DNA from: an uncultured cyanobacterium
GTDB lineage: Bacteria; Cyanobacteriota; Cyanobacteriia; Phormidesmidales; Phormidesmidaceae
Reading direction: 5' to 3'
DNA length: 64,000 nt
Assembly (NCBI GenBank): GCA_963793265.1
Contig: CAWBZI010000001.1
Coordinates: forward strand, 736,001-800,000
Positions within the stretch are counted from its first letter, which is position 1; the number at the start of each line of letters is the position of its first letter. The translations under genes and the position numbers were made by a program. This document shows, piece by piece, positions 49,319 through 59,272 of this stretch. Under the pieces are notes generated by a model. The model saw only the letters and a program-made list of their open reading frames with translations. It was not told the DNA's origin and did no database searches.

Positions 49319-50707
49319 ATGAAACCAATTAGCGCCACCAAGATAAATTGCTATCGCCCTCCTGGCAGGCGGCTGATTGCGCATAGTATAGGCGTCACGG
49401 CGCTGTGCTTGGCTGGAACAAGCTCAATGGATTTGCCGAAGTTTAGGGCACTAGCAAACGAACCTTCTGCGCTTGATGAGCTGCTAGATGATGAAGTGAG
49501 TGATGAGTTAGACGAAGGATTGGAGACTGAAGATAGAACGGATGATGCAGCGGCGGTTTTGCAGCAGGCGACTGATTTTGCGCTCAGAGCTGAGCTGCTG
49601 ACGCAAACGGCAGCCTCGGCGGCAGATTGGGATCGGGTGATGGGGCAGTGGTTGGAGGCGATCGCACTCATCCAGTCCATCCCCCCCGAAAATCCCTCAC
49701 GCATTATCGCCCAACGCCAGCTCCGCACCTACCTACAGCGCTTACTAGACACTCAGCAACGTACCGAACAGGCTAGCCCGATGACAGGACTGCCGAGCTT
49801 GGGCAGCGAACTATTAAACGCTCAGCTCGCGGGCTATCTTTCTTACGTAGCGACGGTCGGTACGCCTGATGTTTTGATTGTCGGCAGCTCGCGAGCTTTG
49901 CAGGGCATCGATCCGCAGGTGATGCAGCAGACATTAGCGAGCAGGGGCTATGGCGACTTAAGCGTGTTTAACTTCAGTGTGAATGGGGCCACGGCGCAGG
50001 TTGTGAACTTTGTGCTGAGTGAGCTGTTGCCGGAGCCGCTGCCCAAGGTGATTGTGTGGGGTGACGGGTCAAGGGCTTTTAATGATGGGAGGCGCGATCG
50101 CACCTGGGAAAGTATCGCTGCATCGCCGGGCTATCAGGCGCTTAATCGGGGGGCTGTGCTGGGGGTGGAGAGTGCGATCGCTAATCGGGTTACGGCGCGA
50201 TCGCCGCTACCTGAAATCTCAGGTAACTTAGACGCCTTTGGCTTCTCAGCCGTAGGCGATAGGTTTGCGCCTCACACCTACTACGAGCAGTTTCCAAAAG
50301 TAAACGGTCGCTACGACGGAGCCTATTCGCCCTTTGTGCTCTATGGCGCTCAAACGGTTGCACTCTCAGCACTGAGCGCATTTTCTAAAGCTCAAAATTC
50401 TCAGCTAATATTCGTCAACCTGCCCCTCAGCGGCAGCTACTTAGACGACTACCGGCTGTACTACGAAGGCCAGTTTCAGCAGTTCTTGCAGGCTCAGGGT
50501 GCGGCAATGGGCTTCGAGGTCGTGGACTTATTAACGCAGTGGCGTGAGCAGCCGGGGCTCTTTGCTGATCCTAGTCATATTAATCAGGAAGGAGCAGCCG
50601 TGATTGCGGCTCAGCTTGCCCAGCATCCTAAAGTGTTGGGTGCGATCGCTCGTCCCAGCAATATTCTCCCAGTGCCAGCGCCACCCGGAACCAGCACAAA
50701 TCCTTAA
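49319..50707 (+). CDS. Hypothetical protein with SGNH/DUF1574-like C-terminal domain
   Basis: LIVGSSRALQGIDP, FNFSVNGAT, FADPSHIN. Confidence 0.7.
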   Translation: MKPISATKINCYRPPGRRLIAHSIGVTALCLAGTSSMDLPKFRALANEPSALDELLDDEVSDELDEGLETEDRTDDAAAVLQQATDFALRAELLTQTAASAADWDRVMGQWLEAIALIQSIPPENPSRIIAQRQLRTYLQRLLDTQQRTEQASPMTGLPSLGSELLNAQLAGYLSYVATVGTPDVLIVGSSRALQGIDPQVMQQTLASRGYGDLSVFNFSVNGATAQVVNFVLSELLPEPLPKVIVWGDGSRAFNDGRRDRTWESIAASPGYQALNRGAVLGVESAIANRVTARSPLPEISGNLDAFGFSAVGDRFAPHTYYEQFPKVNGRYDGAYSPFVLYGAQTVALSALSAFSKAQNSQLIFVNLPLSGSYLDDYRLYYEGQFQQFLQAQGAAMGFEVVDLLTQWREQPGLFADPSHINQEGAAVIAAQLAQHPKVLGAIARPSNILPVPAPPGTSTNP

Positions 50708-50896
50708 AACGACATCAAAATTGTTGCATAGAGTACAGTAATCAACTTTTGCAACCACTATATTTACCCCAATGCTTAGCTCAATAGGTTTCGCGCCGTC
50801 GCGTTGATCTCACACCTTGTTGAGCAGCACTGCTGAAGAAGAAACTCTTTGCACTCTTTAAAACTACTGCTTCATAGCAAAGTTTAGATTCAACCT

Positions 50897-51856
50897 TTAA
50901 TTATTCATGGAACCCTCGGGCTTGGCTTTTGCCAGGCTCTTTTTTTGGCCAATAATGCTGCGATGCCGAGGACTATTAGTTACTATTTCGGGCTTAGAAA
51001 AGCCCGCTGATTGAAACGCTGCGCTCATATCTAGCGAGAAGTATTGATCCAAATAAGGCTCCGTACTCTTAAGCAACGTCAGAATGTAAGGCGGCATTTT
51101 TAAAAACGTTTCACACTGAGGATTCATATCCATAATCGCAAAATGACCGCCCGGCTTCACCAGCCGATACGCTTCAGCGATAATGGCTTGCGCAGCAGAG
51201 GTTGGTAACTCATGAAAAACCAGACAAACAGACACCAAATCGGCAGAGTCAGCCGGTAGTCCTGTTTCTTCAGCGGGCGCGTGAAGCCATTGAATCGCCG
51301 CCTTATCGTTAGCAAGCTCGCGTTCCATATGCTGCGCCACTGTTACAAAATAAGGCGACAGATCTACGCCCGTAAGCCTGGCACCCGGAAAGGTTTCTTG
51401 CAACGTCACGGTACTGCGACCGGCACCGCAGCCTAAGTCAATAATGCTTTTGGGCACGACCGGCAGCGTCTCCTTTAAAACTTGATGATAGCTTTCGCGC
51501 AAGCTGGCATCACCGTTAATCCCGCCGCGCGCGTCGTCTTCCGGCCAAATGCGAGCGTGTACAGCGCGGGCGGCAACGTCTACTTCCATTGCCGGAAGCC
51601 AGCCCAAATTGCCTTCGTCATAGGCATGAAAGCTGGTGGTGTAGTAGCTCGGGTAGGTGATGTTGGGGTTTGCGATCGCCCTCAGATCATCCTCCCAACC
51701 CGGCCTCTCCTGCAACGCCTGCACCTCATCACGCCAGTACACGCCCAGCGTTTCAGCTCTGTCCATCATCATCGTACGAGCGCGGCCTTTAGCAAACTTA
51801 GCCAGCGGCTTAATCGAGAGCAGGCCGTTGACGACAGAAGTAGCAATCGCATTCAT
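50897..51856 (-). CDS. Class I SAM-dependent methyltransferase
   Basis: YYTTSFHAYDEGNL, IDLGCGAG, GVDLSPY, FHELP, STEPYLDQY. Confidence 0.9.
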   Translation of the reverse strand: MNAIATSVVNGLLSIKPLAKFAKGRARTMMMDRAETLGVYWRDEVQALQERPGWEDDLRAIANPNITYPSYYTTSFHAYDEGNLGWLPAMEVDVAARAVHARIWPEDDARGGINGDASLRESYHQVLKETLPVVPKSIIDLGCGAGRSTVTLQETFPGARLTGVDLSPYFVTVAQHMERELANDKAAIQWLHAPAEETGLPADSADLVSVCLVFHELPTSAAQAIIAEAYRLVKPGGHFAIMDMNPQCETFLKMPPYILTLLKSTEPYLDQYFSLDMSAAFQSAGFSKPEIVTNSPRHRSIIGQKKSLAKAKPEGSMNN

Positions 51857-51956
51857 AACAAAAACCGTCAGAAAAGTTACAAGTTCACAGCGAAAAGCTG
51901 ACTTACAATAGCAGTCTCGCAGCTTTAGTCACCACACTTTCTCATTTTCTACTACC

Positions 51957-54551
51957 ATGGCCAACGTCTACGCAAGTCTCGTCGATCAATCCAGCCGGAA
52001 GCCCTTTGAACTGCCCGGCGCATATCCCCACTACAACCCCGATCGCCCTGGCCAAGTAGAACACATTGCCCTAGACCTGGCTTTCGACATTCCCAATAAA
52101 AGCTACAGCGGCACCTGCCAAGTCCGCATCGCCCCCATCGTCGATGGCATCACCAGCCTGACCATGGACGCCGTAGATCTCAATATCAAAAGTGTCAAAA
52201 TCGGCAGCACCCAGCAGCCCTTTGACTACGACGGTGAACTGCTCAAAATTTCGCTCAAAAAGCCGACAGCATTCGGTAAGCCTTTCACCCTCACCATCGA
52301 CTACGCCAACGAAAACCCACAGCGCGGCATCTACTTTGTCGGCCCCGACGAGCACTATCCCGATAAGCCTACTCAGGTATGGACACAGGGCGAAGATGAA
52401 GACTCTCGCTTTTGGTTTCCTTGCTTTGACTATCCCGGTCAGCTTGCCACTTCGGAGATCAAAGCTAGAGTGCCTAAGAAGTTTGTTGTTGTTTCTAATG
52501 GTGAACTTGTTGGCACTAAGGCTGAAGGTGATGACAAAATTTATCACTGGAAGCTGGAGAAGGTTCATCCTAGCTATTTGATGGCGCTGGCGATCGCACA
52601 GTTTGATGAGATTAAAGACGAGTGGAACGGCAAGCCAGTTCGCTACTACTTTGAGAAAGGGCGTAAGGCAGAAGCCAAGCTTACGATGGGCAAAACGCCG
52701 CAGATGATGGCGGCGCTGAGCAAGTGGTTTGGCTACGACTATCCGTTTTCTAATTACGATCAGGTGTGCGTCAGCGACTTCATTTTTGGCGGCATGGAAA
52801 ACACTACCACGACCTTGCTCACTGACCGCTGCATGATCGATAAGCGAGCCGCCATAGATAACGAGCGCGCCGAAACCTTAGTGGCTCACGAGCTAGCGCA
52901 TCAGTGGTTTGGTGATTTGATTGTGATTAACCACTGGTCGCAGGCGTGGGTAAAAGAAGGCGCGGCGACTTATTCAGAGGTGCTGTGGATAGAAGAGACT
53001 TTGGGCAAAGAAGAAGCGCTGTACTATCACCTTAATCATGCGCGGGCCTACCTGAGTGAAGACAAAAGCCGCTACCGCCGCCCGCTGGTCACACATATTT
53101 ATCGCGAGGCCATTGAGCTTTACGATCGCCATATTTACGAGAAAGGCTCATGCGTGTATCACATGATTCGCACGGAGCTAGGCGATGAGCTGTTTACCAG
53201 AACGCTGAGTACGCTACTGACAGATAACGCTCACAGCACCGTTGAAACCATTGACTTACTTCGCGCTATTGACAAAGCGACGGGCCGAAATCTGCGCTTT
53301 TTGTTCGATCAATATGTGTACAGAGGTGGACATCCTGACTACAAAATTGGCTATAGCTGGGATGGCGACAGCAGCTTAGCAAAGCTGACGGTGACGCAAA
53401 CTCAGGTAGAGGACGGCAAGTCTCAAGTGCAAGAAGGTTTGTTTGATCTCAAAATACCGATTGGGTTCGGCTACGTTACTGACGGCAAGGCAGACGTTAA
53501 AACAATTAAAGTACGAGTGCACGAGCGTGAGCAGGCTTTGTACTTTCCATTAGAAAAGAAGCCCGACTTCATTAGCTTTGACGTTGAAAATCATCTGCTC
53601 AAAACGGTGGAGCTAACCTACCCGGTTGCTGAACTCAAGGCTCAGCTAAAGCACGATCCTGATCCAATCTCTCGCTTATTTGCTGCTGAGGCTTTGGCGA
53701 AAAAAGGCAGTTTAGAAGCGGTTGCGGCCTTAGAGAAATCGCTTAGTGATGATCCTTTCTGGGCCGTTCGCGCAGAAGTTGCCGAACAGCTTGGGGGCGT
53801 ACAGCTTGCTCAAGCTGAAACGGCTTTGATTAAAGGATTGAAAGATAAAAGCGCGAAGGTTCGCAGGGCAGTGGTTGCAGCACTTGGCGGTGTTAAGACG
53901 GCGGATAGCTACAAGGCGCTGAAAGGCGTGGTAGAAAAGGGTGACGAAAGCTATTACGTAGAGGCTGAAGCGGCTAAGTCGCTGGGCAAAGTTGGTACGG
54001 CAACAATTGATGGCAAAGAGAAAGAGAAGAAAACGCTGAAGCTGTTGGATATGGTTTTGCAAGAGCGGGCGGGTTGGAATGAGGTGGTGAGAAGTGGTGC
54101 GATCGCTGGACTCTCCCAGTTCAAAACCTCCGAAGCCGCCTTGGATTTACTCCTTCCTTACACCGAACTCGGCGTACCTCAAGCCCTTCGCCTAGTCGCC
54201 ATTCGCTCACTCGGCGCAATTTCTTTAGGCCAAGAGAAGCTTGCCGTTGAGAGAATTTTAGAACGGCTAGAGGCACTAGCGCGTGAAGACTTCTTTTTAA
54301 CGCAGGTTGCAACAGTCGGCGCATTGGCGCAAATGGAAGTACGCGGGGCGATTAAGATTTTGCGTCAGCTTGCAGATCATAGTCCTGATGGTAGGGTGAA
54401 GCGGCGGGCGGATGAGGCAGCGCAGAAGGTCGGGAAGAAGATTGGGTCGGATAAGGCGATCGCTGATCTTCGCCAGGAGCTTGATGAGGTGAAAAACACA
54501 AATAAAGATCTCAAAAGTCGCTTAGAAAGTTTGGAGGCGAAGGCAAAATAA
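51957..54551 (+). CDS. pepN: M1 family aminopeptidase with C-terminal HEAT repeats
   Basis: GGMEN, HELAHQWFG..E zinc motif, YEKG, HEAT-like repeats. Confidence 0.9.
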   Translation: MANVYASLVDQSSRKPFELPGAYPHYNPDRPGQVEHIALDLAFDIPNKSYSGTCQVRIAPIVDGITSLTMDAVDLNIKSVKIGSTQQPFDYDGELLKISLKKPTAFGKPFTLTIDYANENPQRGIYFVGPDEHYPDKPTQVWTQGEDEDSRFWFPCFDYPGQLATSEIKARVPKKFVVVSNGELVGTKAEGDDKIYHWKLEKVHPSYLMALAIAQFDEIKDEWNGKPVRYYFEKGRKAEAKLTMGKTPQMMAALSKWFGYDYPFSNYDQVCVSDFIFGGMENTTTTLLTDRCMIDKRAAIDNERAETLVAHELAHQWFGDLIVINHWSQAWVKEGAATYSEVLWIEETLGKEEALYYHLNHARAYLSEDKSRYRRPLVTHIYREAIELYDRHIYEKGSCVYHMIRTELGDELFTRTLSTLLTDNAHSTVETIDLLRAIDKATGRNLRFLFDQYVYRGGHPDYKIGYSWDGDSSLAKLTVTQTQVEDGKSQVQEGLFDLKIPIGFGYVTDGKADVKTIKVRVHEREQALYFPLEKKPDFISFDVENHLLKTVELTYPVAELKAQLKHDPDPISRLFAAEALAKKGSLEAVAALEKSLSDDPFWAVRAEVAEQLGGVQLAQAETALIKGLKDKSAKVRRAVVAALGGVKTADSYKALKGVVEKGDESYYVEAEAAKSLGKVGTATIDGKEKEKKTLKLLDMVLQERAGWNEVVRSGAIAGLSQFKTSEAALDLLLPYTELGVPQALRLVAIRSLGAISLGQEKLAVERILERLEALAREDFFLTQVATVGALAQMEVRGAIKILRQLADHSPDGRVKRRADEAAQKVGKKIGSDKAIADLRQELDEVKNTNKDLKSRLESLEAKAK

Positions 54552-54692
54552 AATCTTAGTTTTGATAGCCAGCTATCGAAGGCGTATTGTCAAGCTGCAT
54601 AGAGGCAGTGATCTCTTGCTAAAGTCAACGATACGCCAGGTGCCTAAAATGATATATGGTGTGACAGGCACTCAGCAGATGAGCGTTTAAAA

Positions 54693-55505
54693 TTGCCTCA
54701 AATCCTCTTCTGGAACGTCAATAAAAAGGACTTGACTGGTCTTGTCTGTGAAATTGCTGCATCCACGGATGCTGACGTCGTTGTATTAAACGAAAACACA
54801 GTTCCAAGCGCAGATACTCTCCAACAGCTTCAAAGTGAGGTTTTAGAGAGCTTCTATTATCCAACAGCCATCTCCGAAGCAAGGTTTCACTGCTTTTGCA
54901 AAAAGCCTGAGCTTGACCTATCTGAGACTAACGCGGCTTTTCGGACTAGCGTGAGGGCACTCAGAATTGGACGGCACAGACTTTTACTGGCACTGGTTCA
55001 CGGTGTTGATTCTCGCAACTACGACCGTGAAGCTCAGCAGTCGTCCGCGCAATCTTTAGCGAGCGATATGAGACTTATCAAGGATCAGCAAAATACAAAT
55101 AAACTCATAATGCTCGGTGACTTCAACATAAATCCATATGATAGAGGCATGAATCTAGCGGCTGGGCTAAACGCAATGATGACGAAAGCTTGTGTAGAAC
55201 GCGGAAGTCGAAAGCTCAACGGTAAGCGCTATGATTTTTACTATAATCCAATGTGGAGCTTATTTGGAGACAACACGGCTGGCCCCGCTGGCACTGTTTA
55301 TGACACCAGCAGTCAAGGCCCTTATGGATGGAGTATGTTCGATCAAGTGATAATGAGCTATTCGGTTATAGACCTTTTTTGCGACGTAAAAATTGTGACT
55401 GAAGCAGGAACAAAATCGCTTATGGATCAAAAAGGACGTCCCGATACCAAAAACGCATCAGATCACTTTCCTATACTTGTAGAATTTCGTGAGGAGCAAG
55501 CATGA
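54693..55505 (+). CDS. Endonuclease/exonuclease/phosphatase (EEP) family protein
   Basis: FWNV, VLNE, MLGDFNINP, FDQV, ASDHFPI. Confidence 0.85.
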   Translation: MPQILFWNVNKKDLTGLVCEIAASTDADVVVLNENTVPSADTLQQLQSEVLESFYYPTAISEARFHCFCKKPELDLSETNAAFRTSVRALRIGRHRLLLALVHGVDSRNYDREAQQSSAQSLASDMRLIKDQQNTNKLIMLGDFNINPYDRGMNLAAGLNAMMTKACVERGSRKLNGKRYDFYYNPMWSLFGDNTAGPAGTVYDTSSQGPYGWSMFDQVIMSYSVIDLFCDVKIVTEAGTKSLMDQKGRPDTKNASDHFPILVEFREEQA

Positions 55506-55999
55506 GTAGTTTTTGGCCAGCAGACATTAAGCTCAGTGATACGCAGTCACCGCAGGAAATTCTTAAAGCAGCAAAGGAAGATTGGCAAACGAGTAGCGAT
55601 GGAGTGATGGATTTAGTTTTGCAAGATGCAGAGTCTGAGTCTGGCAACTCAATGATAATAGTTCACGCAAAGCATGTCTTAAGCAATCGAACCGCTGCCC
55701 TGTTTTCAGTCGTTCATCGGCCTGCTCATCCCTATCCTGTAGCAATTCAGCTAAAGGAAAAAGAGCTGCCAGATTTTTTGAAGAAATCTTACTATCGGGA
55801 AGATTCCGTTATCTCTCCAAACCGTAATACAGCCATCCTGAGTAAGGCGCTAGGAACAGTGTCTAATAGATGGGTATCAGACACACCTCCTGAGTTTCGG
55901 GAAAGACTTACTGATGCATTCAATCTAGGATCTGTCAAAAGTGAGATTCTAAACTTAGCATCTGTCGCAAAAGAGAACAGAGGTAGCGAGAAGGCTTAA
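55502..55999 (+). CDS. Hypothetical protein coupled to the EEP gene
   Basis: ATGA start/stop overlap at 55502-55505, preceded by GAGGAG. Confidence 0.75.
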   Translation: MSSFWPADIKLSDTQSPQEILKAAKEDWQTSSDGVMDLVLQDAESESGNSMIIVHAKHVLSNRTAALFSVVHRPAHPYPVAIQLKEKELPDFLKKSYYREDSVISPNRNTAILSKALGTVSNRWVSDTPPEFRERLTDAFNLGSVKSEILNLASVAKENRGSEKA

Positions 56000-56037
56000 G
56001 GAAAATAGCGGTCTGACTTTGATAGCGACCTCAGAAG

Positions 56038-56412
56038 TCATATTTCAGTGCCTTCTTCTTCAATTAGCTGCTTTAAGGTAGGCGAGCTACATAACTCTGG
56101 CTCAATCAAATCCACTTTAATGTCTGCTGACAAATCATTTACAGCGCCCAAAGCTTTGAAGTATTGTTCTGGTGCAATATCCCAAACTGCCAAATCTATA
56201 TCAGACCATCTGGTATATCTATCCTTATCCACCAGCGAGCCAAATACCTTCACGCGAGATGCCCCAAATTGCTCTCGCAATAAGTCGGCTAGTTTGGGCA
56301 GTCTCGCTTGCGCTTTTGCCCAGCGCTCTGGATCTAACCCCTTGCCTAAATTACGGGTAGGGTCATACTGCTTTAATTCCTCGGGTGTAAGCTGACTAAC
56401 TGTCTTAGCCAT
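56038..56412 (-). CDS. Minimal nucleotidyltransferase (MNT) domain protein
   Basis: VKVFGSL..WSDIDLAV..VDLI. Confidence 0.85.
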   Translation of the reverse strand: MAKTVSQLTPEELKQYDPTRNLGKGLDPERWAKAQARLPKLADLLREQFGASRVKVFGSLVDKDRYTRWSDIDLAVWDIAPEQYFKALGAVNDLSADIKVDLIEPELCSSPTLKQLIEEEGTEI

Positions 56413-56590
56413 ACGTTGGTCTTAACTAAACGGCCCAATCGTGAACCGTCAAAATCTAGAATCATAATAGCAACGATTGGCTTTGCGAACTTCAGCTTAA
56501 AAAATTAGTCGAATATACGAAAAGATGTCACGAATTTGACTATCGTAGTTTGAAGTTATACGTAGACAGTTTGAGCCCGACTGCTTTCAA

Positions 56591-58078
56591 ATGACCACCC
56601 TGCTTAAAGACCGCTTTGAGATTGAATCGCAGTTGAGCCGTACGGATTTTAGTACGGTGTTTTTGGGGTGCGATCGCAAATACGCCCACCAGCCCCCCTG
56701 TCTAATCACAGCAATTCCCTACCAGCAGCGCGAAATTCGGCACCGCCTAGAACGTGAGGCCCAGATCCTAGAACGCCTCAGCCACCATCCCCAAATCCCA
56801 AGACTACTGAGCTACTTCTACAAAGCCGATCCTGACGATAAGCAAGCGGGCGTTTTCTACCTCGTTCAAGACCGCATCGAAGGCCATCCGATTAGCCAGG
56901 AAATTTTGGCTGAAGCAGGCAAACCTAAAAAACTAAGTGAAGGCTATGTCACTAAGCTAATTAAAGACGTACTTGTGCCGCTAGCCTCTGCGCACGAGCA
57001 GGGCGTGGTTCATCAACGGCTGCATCCGCAGCATTTAATTCGTCAGGATGTAGATGGGCAGGTGTTTTTGACTGAGTTTGGTGCGATCGCTAAAATCGCC
57101 CAAAGCAAAATCACCAGCCAGGGCACTACCGGCAGCAGCATCCCTAATGCCCTACATCCCTACACCGCCCCCGAACAGCTTTCGACTGAAATTGGGCCAC
57201 AACCAGCTAGCGATCTTTATGCGCTCGGGCTGATTGCGATTGAAGCGCTCACCGGAGAGTCACACCATAGCTTTACCTACGATCCTAATAAAGGCTTGCA
57301 GTGGCGAGAGCAGGTAGAGGTGAGCCTGCCGCTCGCAGAATTTATTGACCGGATGATTCGTCATGACTGGCGCGATCGCTTTCCCAAAGCCCAAGACGCG
57401 CTGCAAACTTTCAAAGCCCAAACGGCACGCCAGCAAATTGCCAACAATAGCCGCCTGCCGACCGTAATCGCCGCACCCGGCGGCAAGTTCGCTAGAGGAC
57501 AAACCACTCAAGTCGGGCAAACCCAACGCGGATCAACGACTCAGAGCCATCGGCCAAAGGCCATACCGCTTAATCCCGCTATCTTCAAGTTCTTGATTGG
57601 CAGTGTCGCCGCCATGCTAGCTGTTGGGATCGGCGTCAAATCCTATCAGTGGGGTGAATATCGGTTGAGCCAGCTACCGCAAACCTGGCAGGACTGGCGG
57701 GAATCAGAAGGTGAAGAACCTGAAGCCGCTGAGCCTGATGCGCTGGTGCCGCTGATGCAAGACGGCAGCATTTTGATGCAGCCTGAAGCCGCGATCGCCT
57801 TTTGGGAAATGGTCGCAGCCGCACGCAGCGAAGATATTGAGCTTTACCCACTCTCAAGCTACATCGAAGGCGATGATGACTACGCCACGGGGTATGTCGT
57901 TGATATTGGCGGGCCAGAAGAGGCCACAGACAAACAGGCTGATTTTGCCGAAACGTCCGCTTTCATATGGCTTAAAGACAACGCCAAGGCTCACGGATTC
58001 GAGCTAGCCGTAGCCCAAGACAGATGGCTCGGCACCCAATTTAAAGCGCCCTGGCGCTGGCGCTATCGTGAAAAATAG
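56591..58078 (+). CDS. Ser/Thr pseudokinase - TM - degenerate VanY/M15B D,D-carboxypeptidase-like domain
   Basis: Kinase fold (HPQIPRLLSYF, YTAPEQ, SDLYALG) with catalytic motifs replaced. C-terminus AAIAFWEMVAAAR..ATGYVVDIG..WLKDNAKAHGF..PWRWRY. Confidence 0.8.
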   Translation: MTTLLKDRFEIESQLSRTDFSTVFLGCDRKYAHQPPCLITAIPYQQREIRHRLEREAQILERLSHHPQIPRLLSYFYKADPDDKQAGVFYLVQDRIEGHPISQEILAEAGKPKKLSEGYVTKLIKDVLVPLASAHEQGVVHQRLHPQHLIRQDVDGQVFLTEFGAIAKIAQSKITSQGTTGSSIPNALHPYTAPEQLSTEIGPQPASDLYALGLIAIEALTGESHHSFTYDPNKGLQWREQVEVSLPLAEFIDRMIRHDWRDRFPKAQDALQTFKAQTARQQIANNSRLPTVIAAPGGKFARGQTTQVGQTQRGSTTQSHRPKAIPLNPAIFKFLIGSVAAMLAVGIGVKSYQWGEYRLSQLPQTWQDWRESEGEEPEAAEPDALVPLMQDGSILMQPEAAIAFWEMVAAARSEDIELYPLSSYIEGDDDYATGYVVDIGGPEEATDKQADFAETSAFIWLKDNAKAHGFELAVAQDRWLGTQFKAPWRWRYREK

Positions 58079-58285
58079 AAAAATCAACCAAATTAGATAT
58101 TTCAGTGATATTCTCCATGCAAACGCACCTAAAATCCTTTAAACCATAAAGGTAGCGTGAATGAAACTTGACGAGAGCTGAACAAAATAACGAGAACTCG
58201 CGACTTAATATGTAGTAGGCAGCAATACTGCCACTAGGGCTATTTGATACCTCTTCCTATTCACAGCGTCGTCACCCACCTATCC

Positions 58286-58696
58286 ATGCAACCCATCCGC
58301 CCAGAGTCTTCACACCTAACGGCTTACTACAAAGCAACGTTCAGCATATTTTTTGTGGCAATTGGCGGTGTTGGCATAGTGGTGAGCCTGTGGGTGGGCG
58401 CGCAGGCAGGCGGCGCTTTATCGCAGCCGATATTAAGCGCGCTGCTATTTTTGATGATTGTGCTATTCGGACTCTACTGCCTCAACCGCCCTTACTTTTT
58501 GCTAGAGCCACACCAGCTTACGGTCTACAATCTGTTCGGCATTGTGACCAAGCGATACACCTTCGATTCTTGGGACGTGGTGAAAGCTGACAGTCGTCGC
58601 ATTTATATTGACGATGAGGGTATTACTAAAAAAGTGCCGGTCGCACCCTGGCTCGTCAAAACAAACGATTGGATTGCGATGCGGAAGCTTTTGTAA
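58286..58696 (+). CDS. Small membrane protein (two TM helices plus PH-like tail)
   Basis: Two hydrophobic segments. Start uncertain (58244 or 58286). Confidence 0.65.
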   Translation: MQPIRPESSHLTAYYKATFSIFFVAIGGVGIVVSLWVGAQAGGALSQPILSALLFLMIVLFGLYCLNRPYFLLEPHQLTVYNLFGIVTKRYTFDSWDVVKADSRRIYIDDEGITKKVPVAPWLVKTNDWIAMRKLL

Positions 58697-59272
58697 TTCA
58701 TTTGAAGTAAGCTAATTCGTCTATTTAGAGCCGGTTATTGTGCTTTATGGCACTTTACCGCTGAAAGAGCGATTGCCAACACAAGGAAAAAAGCCTTACA
58801 TCAGCTTACATCTACACAACTAAATAAAGCTCCGGTAAAATCGCTTCATCTTTGACGCAAAGCATTAGAGTCTGTTGTTTCATAGAATCATACTGACGCA
58901 ACCGTGAAAAGTCTCAAGTATGCCTTCATTTAGGCTGTAATTCAGACAAAATCAGGTGCATTGCTCATCTACACTTCTCACCTATAAAAGCTGCTTCGAC
59001 CTTACGATCGCCCGTCAGCACTCCCTACGTAAATAGGCGCTGATTCTCCCGATCGTCAGAACCTGATCAACACGCCTGATCAACAAACCGCATCTATCTA
59101 TAGAAGGCATACACAATCGCACCTTTGCTGCGGTTCCAACAGCCTTTTTTATACAGACAGCTTATACAGACAACACGCATACTTTGTCGCGACCTTCTCT
59201 ACCGCGACAACAGATCCTAGCGACTGTCTATAAATCTCTTTTTACTTTACACATTATTTCAGTAAGGAAACT

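Noticed and set aside
54560..56590. HIP1 absence as proof of horizontal transfer
   Set aside because: Similar or longer HIP1-free gaps occur in native-looking regions (e.g. about 20650-24090), so it is only weak support.
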